DNA of 32,000 bases from Candidatus Saccharimonadota bacterium (lineage in GTDB: Bacteria; Patescibacteriota; Saccharimonadia; Saccharimonadales; UBA4665), in assembly GCA_963716945.1 (NCBI GenBank), contig OY970322.1:990001-1022000 (forward strand), given 5' to 3'. Both the position numbers and the translations under genes were made by a program. How positions within the stretch are numbered: position 1 is the first letter of the stretch; each line of letters begins with the position of its first letter. The notes under the pieces are model-generated. The model searched no databases. It worked only from the letters and a program-made list of their open reading frames with translations, and was not told the DNA's origin. Below are positions 7,259-14,058 of the stretch, piece after piece.

Positions 7259-9274
7259 TTATAGCATATCCAGGAATTCGGCCTCAGTTAGCCGGGCGGT
7301 ACCGAGCTTGGCGGCTTTGGCGAGTTTGGCAGCGCCGACGTTGGCGCCGACGACCAGGTAGTCGGTATCCTTGCCGATCGAGCTCTGGAAGGTGCCGCCC
7401 AAGGCCCGGATACGTTCGGCGGCCTCTTCGCGGCCCATACTGTCCAGGCTGCCGGTCACGACGAAGCTGCGGCCGCTGAGTTTGCCGCCGACGTGCTTGA
7501 CCGGCTCGGGCCACACGCCGAGGCGTTTAAACTTCTGGAGCAGCTTGAGGTTAGCCGGCTCGGCGAACCATTCGACGACCGATTCGGCGACCACCTCGCC
7601 GACACCGTCGACTTCGGCCAAGGCGTCAATCGTGACTTCGGATAGCTTGTCCAGGCTCTTAAAGCGGTTGGCCAGGTCGACGGCCGTCTGGGCGCCGATA
7701 TGGCGGATACCCAGGCCGTAGACGAAGCGGCTGAGCGGCGGCTTGGTTTTAGCCTGGATGGCAGCGACCAGCTTGTTAGCCGAAACTTCGGCGAAACGGT
7801 CGAGCGGCAAGAGGTTTTCTGCCTTCAGCGAATATATATCGGCCGGATCCTTAACGAGTTCAGCATTAATCAAGGCAATCACATTCTTCTCCCCCAAGCC
7901 TTCGATATCCAAGGCGGCTTTGCTGGCGAAATGCTCGATCCGCTTCCAGGAACGCGACGGACAATGCTCGTTCGGACAGCGCCAGATGGCATCTTCGGCC
8001 TTATACTTAACAAGTTTAGTATTGCACTCCGGGCAATTGGACGGCATTACGAACGGCTTTTCCGAACCGTCGCGAAGCTTAGCCAGCGGCTCTACGACTT
8101 CCGGAATAATGTCGCCGGCCTTGTGAACGATAACGGTGTCGCCGACCCTGATGTCCTTACGCTCTATCTCGCCCTGGTTGTGCAGCGTGGCCATTTGGAC
8201 GGTACTGCCGGCGATGACGACCGGCTCCAGCATCGCCACCGGCGTGGCAGCCCCGGTCCGGCCGATTGAAACGAAAATATCCTTGACCTTGGTCGTCGCC
8301 TGTTCGGCAGCGTACTTGAGGGCGATAGCGCCGCGAGGGGCTTTGCCGGCTACGCCCAGCCGGCTAAAAAGCTGGCGATCGTTGACCTTGACGACCAGGC
8401 CGTCGGTGTTAAACGGCAGCTTCAGGCGCTTGCTTTCCCAGTCTTTGAAGAAACGCATGACGGCCGTGATGCTGGGCACGACTTTAGCCTCCCGGTTGAC
8501 CAAGAAGCCGAGGGCATGCAGGGCGTCATAAGCATAAGCATGGGTCGGGATTTCCGAAGCGTCATCACGCTGCAAGTCATAAGCCCGGAAGTGCAGCGGC
8601 CGGCTGGCGACCAGCCCGGGATCGAGCTGGCGGATAGTGCCGGCGGCCGTATTGCGCGGGTTGGCGAACAGCGGCTGCCCGGCGGCGGCCCGCTGCTTGT
8701 TGAGCTTGGCGAAGTCGGCTTTGTACATGACGATTTCACCGCGGACTTCGGTCCGGCCGCTCAGCAGGAAAGCCTCGGCTTTGGCATGGCGCAGCCGGAG
8801 CGGTACCGATTCGATAGTCCTGACGTTGGCCGTGACGTCCTCGCCGACGAAACCGTCGCCGCGAGTAATGCCGCGGACCAGGCTGCCGTCTTGGTATACC
8901 AGGGCGCAAGCCAGGCCGTCCATCTTGATATCGGCGAAGTATTCCAGCTTACTGTCTGCCGGCAGAAGCTTGACGACTCGTTCTTGCCAGGCTTTGACTT
9001 CGGCTTCGTCGAAGACGTCATTGAGGCTGAGCATGCGCGAGCTGTGTTCGACCTGCTGGAAACCGGGCAGCGCCGCGCCGGCTACCCGCTGGCTCGGCGA
9101 ATCGGGCGTAATCAGCTCCGGGTATTGGGCTTCCAGCTGCGTTAGCTCATGTTTTAGGCTGTCGGCCGCCGCTTCGCTCATAATCGACTCGTTGAGAACG
9201 TGGTAATGGTAGCGGTAGTCGTTGATTAGCTCCCGCAGCTGTTCAATGCGCTTGGCGGCTTTGGCCTTATTCAT
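7259..9274 (-). CDS. ligA: NAD-dependent DNA ligase LigA
   Basis: Adenylation motif 'FADIKMDGLA', OB fold, Zn finger 'CPECNTKLV...WRCPNEHCP', HhH repeats 'GIRHIGAQTA', and C-terminal BRCT 'GRSFVVTGSL...'. 671 aa, a typical length. Confidence 0.95.
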   Translation of the reverse strand: MNKAKAAKRIEQLRELINDYRYHYHVLNESIMSEAAADSLKHELTQLEAQYPELITPDSPSQRVAGAALPGFQQVEHSSRMLSLNDVFDEAEVKAWQERVVKLLPADSKLEYFADIKMDGLACALVYQDGSLVRGITRGDGFVGEDVTANVRTIESVPLRLRHAKAEAFLLSGRTEVRGEIVMYKADFAKLNKQRAAAGQPLFANPRNTAAGTIRQLDPGLVASRPLHFRAYDLQRDDASEIPTHAYAYDALHALGFLVNREAKVVPSITAVMRFFKDWESKRLKLPFNTDGLVVKVNDRQLFSRLGVAGKAPRGAIALKYAAEQATTKVKDIFVSIGRTGAATPVAMLEPVVIAGSTVQMATLHNQGEIERKDIRVGDTVIVHKAGDIIPEVVEPLAKLRDGSEKPFVMPSNCPECNTKLVKYKAEDAIWRCPNEHCPSRSWKRIEHFASKAALDIEGLGEKNVIALINAELVKDPADIYSLKAENLLPLDRFAEVSANKLVAAIQAKTKPPLSRFVYGLGIRHIGAQTAVDLANRFKSLDKLSEVTIDALAEVDGVGEVVAESVVEWFAEPANLKLLQKFKRLGVWPEPVKHVGGKLSGRSFVVTGSLDSMGREEAAERIRALGGTFQSSIGKDTDYLVVGANVGAAKLAKAAKLGTARLTEAEFLDML

Positions 9275-10295
9275 TAAGAAGCTCCCTGTAAAGCGTATAC
9301 ATGTAGGTATGGACGGCTACCAGGCCAAACATTGTCAGCAGGAAGAAAACCCATTTGGCCAGGGCCGTCAGCCAGATAATTATCGGCACCATCACGATAG
9401 CGCCGACGATTAATAGGACCAGTGGCAGGCAGAGGACTTTGCGCATCACGGTCCAGCGCCGGTAGCGGACCAGTTCGCGGGCCGAGCGCAGGGCTTTCAT
9501 CGGCGCCATATCGGGCAGCGTTACGATGTAGAGCGCGAACAGCGACGAACTGATCATGTAGACGCTAAGCATGGCCAGCAAGGCGTAGAGCAAGGCCCAG
9601 AGCAGTTTCTCGACGGCATAAACGGCAATACCGTTATTGATAACCAGGCCGTAAAGCGCCGAGCCGACCAGGAACGGAATCAATTGCAAACCGACCACTA
9701 AGAGGACCAGCACGAAGGGTACTAAGGGGTACATGCCCCTGTAATAGGCGTCGCGAATCCGCAAGCGTTCGGCACCGGCCAGGATTTGCCGCAGCGCCCA
9801 GATAATCGCCAGGCTGGCAATCAAGCCCAGGAAGAGCTGGTAAGCGCCGGCCGTCGGGTTGGAATTGTTGCCGGCCGACCCGACCAGCAGGGCGAAGACA
9901 CTAAGGCCGGAAGCCAAACCGCCCAGGTGACCGGTAAAGACCTGGTTGACCGAGTGTTTGAGGGTACCGACGTCAGTCGCGCCGGACAGGCCCTGGGTCA
10001 GGATAATGTTAAGCAGGCCGTAGGTCAGCGTGATGCCTACGAACAGCCGTTTGTTTTGCCATAGGGTCAAAGCGGACTTGCGGGTCAGCCGCCAGACGCT
10101 GGGCAGCCGCACCGGGTGTTTGATGCGTTTCTGCAGCCTCAGGGTCTTGTACTGGGGCTGCTTGATACGGCGCGGCTTGGCCGGCCGCGGTCTGGGCTTC
10201 GGCTTGGCAGCGGCCTTGGCGGCGGCGGATTTTTTGGACGCGGTGTTAGCGGCCGTCCGTTTGGGCGCGGCTTTCTTCCCTGATTTTTTCGCCAT
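9267..10295 (-). CDS. Membrane protein with a Lys/Ala/Pro-rich (histone-H1-like) N-terminal tail
   Basis: 342 aa. The first ~50 aa are 'MAKKSGKKAAPKRTAANTASKKSAAAKAAAKPKPRPRPAKPRRIK', followed by about 6 hydrophobic spans. The 3' end overlaps the ligA start by 8 nt. Confidence 0.6.
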   Translation of the reverse strand: MAKKSGKKAAPKRTAANTASKKSAAAKAAAKPKPRPRPAKPRRIKQPQYKTLRLQKRIKHPVRLPSVWRLTRKSALTLWQNKRLFVGITLTYGLLNIILTQGLSGATDVGTLKHSVNQVFTGHLGGLASGLSVFALLVGSAGNNSNPTAGAYQLFLGLIASLAIIWALRQILAGAERLRIRDAYYRGMYPLVPFVLVLLVVGLQLIPFLVGSALYGLVINNGIAVYAVEKLLWALLYALLAMLSVYMISSSLFALYIVTLPDMAPMKALRSARELVRYRRWTVMRKVLCLPLVLLIVGAIVMVPIIIWLTALAKWVFFLLTMFGLVAVHTYMYTLYRELLNE

Positions 10296-10326
10296 GGCCT
10301 TATTATAAAGGAATATTTAATAACCT

Positions 10327-11205
10327 CTAGGCGTGGGTGCCCATGCTGCGCAGGCGGGCGATGCGGTCGTCAATCGGCGGGTGGGTGCTGAACAGGCCGG
10401 CCAGGCTGTGGGCCTTGAGCGGGTTGACGAAGAAGAGGTGGGCGGTGGCCGTGTTCTGGTGGCGGGCGACGCTGCCGGTCTGCTTGATCTTCTCCAGGGC
10501 ACTGGCCAGGGCTTCAGGGTAGCGGGTAGTCAGGGCGCCGCTGGCGTCGGCCAGGTATTCCCGCTGGCGCGAGACGGCCAGCTGAATCAAAGTGGCCACG
10601 ATCGGCGCCAGGATAGCCGCTATGATACCCAGTACTATGAAGACTTGGTTGTTTTCGTCCCGGTCGCCGCCGCCGAACCACGCTAGGCGGATCATGATGT
10701 CAGCTACCAGCGAGATAACCGCCGTCAGGGCGAAAGCGATCATGCTGACGCGGATGTCATAGTTCTTGATATGGCTCATTTCGTGGGCCAGGACGCCTTG
10801 CAATTCGTCATCGTTCATCATGTCGAGAATACCGCTGGTAGCGCAGACGGCGGCGTGCTTGGGGTCGCGGCCGGTCGCGAAAGCGTTGGGCGCCGGGTCG
10901 TTCATGATATAAACCCGCGGCATCGGCAGTCCGTCGGTGATGGACAGGTTCTCGACGATACGCCACAGCCGGGGGTTGTCGCGCTTCTGAATCTCCTGGG
11001 CCTGGTTAACGGCCAAAGCCATTCTGGAGCCGGCATAATAGGTAACGATAGCATAGACGCAAGCGCCGATGAGGCCGCCGTAGAACACGCCGGTGCCGCC
11101 GCCGAGATACTTATCAAAAATCCAGATGATCAGCGTCACGAAGGCTAGGAAAACCAGCATTATAAAAACGGTTTTTCGTTTGTTGGCGGCAATATCAGAG
11201 TACAT
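10327..11205 (-). CDS. htpX: Zinc metalloprotease HtpX (M48 family)
   Basis: 'HEMSHIKNYD' (HExxH), four TM segments, 'REYLADASGA' and 'STHPPIDDRIARL' at the C-terminus. Confidence 0.9.
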   Translation of the reverse strand: MYSDIAANKRKTVFIMLVFLAFVTLIIWIFDKYLGGGTGVFYGGLIGACVYAIVTYYAGSRMALAVNQAQEIQKRDNPRLWRIVENLSITDGLPMPRVYIMNDPAPNAFATGRDPKHAAVCATSGILDMMNDDELQGVLAHEMSHIKNYDIRVSMIAFALTAVISLVADIMIRLAWFGGGDRDENNQVFIVLGIIAAILAPIVATLIQLAVSRQREYLADASGALTTRYPEALASALEKIKQTGSVARHQNTATAHLFFVNPLKAHSLAGLFSTHPPIDDRIARLRSMGTHA

Positions 11206-11237
11206 AGGCTTCTGGGACTATTGAACGGCTGCCTTAA

Positions 11238-11804
11238 TTAAAACTTAACGTCAACCGGTTGCTGGACAGCGGCAGCCTCGGCTTCATCGACTTCGAAGAA
11301 TTCCTTATCCTGCTTGAAGCCGAGCATGCCGGCGAAGATATTGGTCGGAAAAGTCTTGCGCTTGGTATTGAAATCGCGCACCACGCCGTTGTAGAAACGC
11401 CGCGAAGCCTGGATCTTGTCTTCGGTGTCCGTCAGTTCGCCCTGGAGTTCCTGGAAGTTCTGCGAAGCCTTCAGGTCGGGGTAAGCCTCGGCGACCGCGA
11501 ACAGGCTCTTCATGGTCTTCTGGAAGTCGCCTTCGGCCTTGCCGGCCTGTTCCGGCGTCTGGGCGCTCAGGGTATTGGCACGGGCTGCAGTGACGTCTTC
11601 AAAGACCGATTTTTCGTGCGAAGCGTAGCCCTTGACGGTATTAACCAGGTTCGGTATCAGGTCGGCCCGGCGTTTAAGCTGGACGGTTATGTCGCTCCAG
11701 GCTTCATTAGATTGCTGGTTCAGGCGCACCAGGCCGTTGTACATGGCGGCACCGATGGCTATCAGCAGTACGATAACGACGATAATCACGATAACGACAG
11801 TCAT
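11238..11804 (-). CDS. lemA: LemA family protein
   Basis: N-terminal TM segment, then 'YNGLV.L.....AWSDI.VQLKRRADLIPNLV..VKGYA.HE' and 'YPDLKA...F..LQ..L..TE..I...R..YN', which are typical of LemA. AAAGGAGA SD lies 6 nt upstream. It sits next to htpX, as is common. Confidence 0.85.
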   Translation of the reverse strand: MTVVIVIIVVIVLLIAIGAAMYNGLVRLNQQSNEAWSDITVQLKRRADLIPNLVNTVKGYASHEKSVFEDVTAARANTLSAQTPEQAGKAEGDFQKTMKSLFAVAEAYPDLKASQNFQELQGELTDTEDKIQASRRFYNGVVRDFNTKRKTFPTNIFAGMLGFKQDKEFFEVDEAEAAAVQQPVDVKF

Positions 11805-11876
11805 AAATAGTCTCCTTTAAGCTTATAAAGCCATTATACAGCAGTCGGCTGCCCTGGTGTATTATGAGAAGAAGAT

Positions 11877-13100
11877 ATGAAAGCATTGAAGCGGCGCGGT
11901 GGGAAACGATGGCTGTACTTGCTGGCGGCCATAGTCTTGATCGGCGCCTACGTTTTTTGGGCGGTGGGCCGGCCGCTGCCGGACCTCACGCTTATTCCGG
12001 GCGAAAGCAAATTATCAATCCAAACTCCCTCGCCCCAGCTAACCTGGCCTGGCGGCGGCCAGGCGGCCGTCGCCGTTCTCGGCAGCCAGGTACTGCTAAC
12101 CCACGGCTCGCAAACGCCGGTGCCGACGGCCAGTACGGCCAAGCTGATCACCGCCCTGGCGGTCCTGCACCAGAAACCGCTGGCCGTCGGCCAGACCGGA
12201 CCGGACCTCACGCTTACGGCCGCTGACGTGGCACTTTATAACTCCTACGCCGCCCGGGACGGGTCGGTCGTACCGGTCCTGGCCGGCGAACAGATCAGCG
12301 AATACCAGGTCCTGCAGACTATGATGCTGCCGTCGGCCAACAACATGGCCGACAGCCTGGCGATTTGGGCTTTCGGCTCGCTGACGGCCTATAGTACTTT
12401 CGCCAACGCCTATGCCGCCCAGCTTGGCCTGGCCCACACCCATGTCGGTGTCGACGCCAGCGGCTTCTCGCCGACCACGACCAGCACGGCCCGCGATTTG
12501 GCCAGGCTGGGCGAGGTGGTTATGCGCAACCCCGTCCTGGCCCGGATAGTCGGCCAGAGCACGGCTTCCGGCCTGCCGGTCGCCAACAACATCAAGAACG
12601 TCAATTCCCTGCTGGGCACCGATAACATCATCGGTATCAAGACCGGCAACACCGACCAGGCCGGGGGCGTTTTCGTCGGGGCCGCCCGGGCTTCGGCCAA
12701 CGGCCGGCCGGTGACCGTAATTACCGCCGTGATGGGGCAGCCCGCCCTCCGCCAAGCCATGCAAGACAGCCTGCCGCTTATCCAGAGCGCGCAGGCCAAC
12801 TTCAGTACGGACACCGTTGTTGCCGCCGGGTCGATTGTCGGCCGTTACCGGCAGGCCTGGGGCGGCAGCCTGCCGGCCGTTGCCGCCGGCCGGTTATCCG
12901 GCAGCGCCTGGAACGGCGACTCGCTGGCCGCCGCCATTAAACTCGATAGTAGCATTTCCGCCAAAAGCCCGCCCGGCCAAACCGCCGGCAGCCTGACTAT
13001 CTCCCAGTCACCCTTTACGCCCCAGCGATCGGTTGCCGTCAAGTTGGGATCGGCGCCTACCAAGCCGCCGCTGCGGTGGCGCTTGTTGCATGCCTTTTAA
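11877..13100 (+). CDS. D-alanyl-D-alanine carboxypeptidase (S11/PBP5-type)
   Basis: Signal anchor, SxxK 'STAKL', SxN 'PSANN', KTG 'IKTGNT'. Confidence 0.8.
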   Translation: MKALKRRGGKRWLYLLAAIVLIGAYVFWAVGRPLPDLTLIPGESKLSIQTPSPQLTWPGGGQAAVAVLGSQVLLTHGSQTPVPTASTAKLITALAVLHQKPLAVGQTGPDLTLTAADVALYNSYAARDGSVVPVLAGEQISEYQVLQTMMLPSANNMADSLAIWAFGSLTAYSTFANAYAAQLGLAHTHVGVDASGFSPTTTSTARDLARLGEVVMRNPVLARIVGQSTASGLPVANNIKNVNSLLGTDNIIGIKTGNTDQAGGVFVGAARASANGRPVTVITAVMGQPALRQAMQDSLPLIQSAQANFSTDTVVAAGSIVGRYRQAWGGSLPAVAAGRLSGSAWNGDSLAAAIKLDSSISAKSPPGQTAGSLTISQSPFTPQRSVAVKLGSAPTKPPLRWRLLHAF

Positions 13101-13111
13101 TAGTTTACTTT

Positions 13112-13913
13112 TCAGGGCTTCCGTAAAACGTACTGCACGAAGTCATAATGCTCCGGTTTTTCGGCCCGGTAATCATAATAAACCTCGACCCGCGCGTCCG
13201 GCACCGACTGCTTGATTAAACGTTCGACGGCCTCGCCGGTGAGGGGGCAAATATCGAGATAGGAAGAACGCTTTTTGGAGTAATATTTGTAGCGCAGGCG
13301 CACTCTTTGCGGCGTGATCTCTTCCGGGAAAGCCTTTATATCGCGGTTAAGGTAAGTGGTGCGGTACGAAAATTCAAAATTACGTTCCGGGTCTTCCAAA
13401 ATCGCTTCGGCGTTATCAAGGATATAGTCATAATTGCGGATGTCGAAGAACAGCGTGCCGCCCGGCTTCAAGATGCGCCAAAAACCTTTGAGCGACCTTT
13501 CCCGCTCCGATTCTTCAAACACGTAAGTCGGAAACGAGTTGCCAAGCGAAAAGACGATGTCGTAAGCCTCGTCCCCGAGCTCGGGGGTAGTTAGGAAGTC
13601 TCTCCAGTCAATGCTCAAAGTTTCGTTGGCGAGGCCGGCCTCTTGAAGACTGCGCTTGAGCTGGTTTATGAATTCGCTGTCGACTTCGTTGGCCGTGACA
13701 TCATAACCCCGACGGGCCAGCAATACGGTATCGTGCCCCCCCCCCCGCAGCCGTATCAAGTATTTTGGGGTTCTTGTAGTCCTTGAGGATGGCGTCGAAC
13801 ACGCCGTTCATACGGGACCACCTGGCTTCTATATCACCGGCAAAATCAAGGAATGGCAGCCACGACACCGGTGTCTGCTGGAAGCCTTTCAGGTCAACGA
13901 CTTTAGCTTTCAT
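13112..13913 (-). pseudogene. GNMT-like (glycine/sarcosine N-methyltransferase family) class I SAM methyltransferase, frameshifted in a G11 tract
   Basis: Two ORFs (13701..13913 and 13112..13759) join if the homopolymer is 10 nt instead of 11. This restores motif I 'ILDTAAGGGHDTVLLARRGYDVTANEVD'. Downstream, 'LGNSFP...GGTLFFDIRNYDYIL' resembles the GNMT 'LGNSFAHL...GGLLVIDHRNYD'. Confidence 0.75.
13736..13746. repeat. Homopolymer C11 (+ strand), G11 on the coding strand
   Basis: Counted directly: 5 C at 13736..13740 and 6 C at 13741..13746. It encodes the Gly-rich SAM-binding loop and is the site of the frameshift. Confidence 0.95.
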
Positions 13914-13933
13914 AAAAATAACAATTTTAAGAC

Positions 13934-13949
13934 TATGGTGGGTAGTGAG
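13934..13949. repeat. Direct repeat: partial copy of the tRNA-Val 3' end (candidate distal att of the island)
   Basis: TATGGTGGGTAGTGAG here versus TATGGTGGGTGATGAG at 19077..19092. Matches are 14/16, the first 10 nt are identical, and the orientation is the same. Confidence 0.5.
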
Positions 13950-14058
13950 TCTCTCAGGCGGAACGCCATCATACCCAGTTTACTCCTGTTGGCAGAAAAA
14001 TTAAAAGACCAAGGCTTTGTCTTCGCCGAAGGCAAGGTAGCCCTTCTTGCTTCTTTAT

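Noticed and set aside
10327-11804. The lemA-htpX pair as a novel system.
   Set aside because: This is a well-known conserved gene pairing, and nothing is unusual in either sequence.
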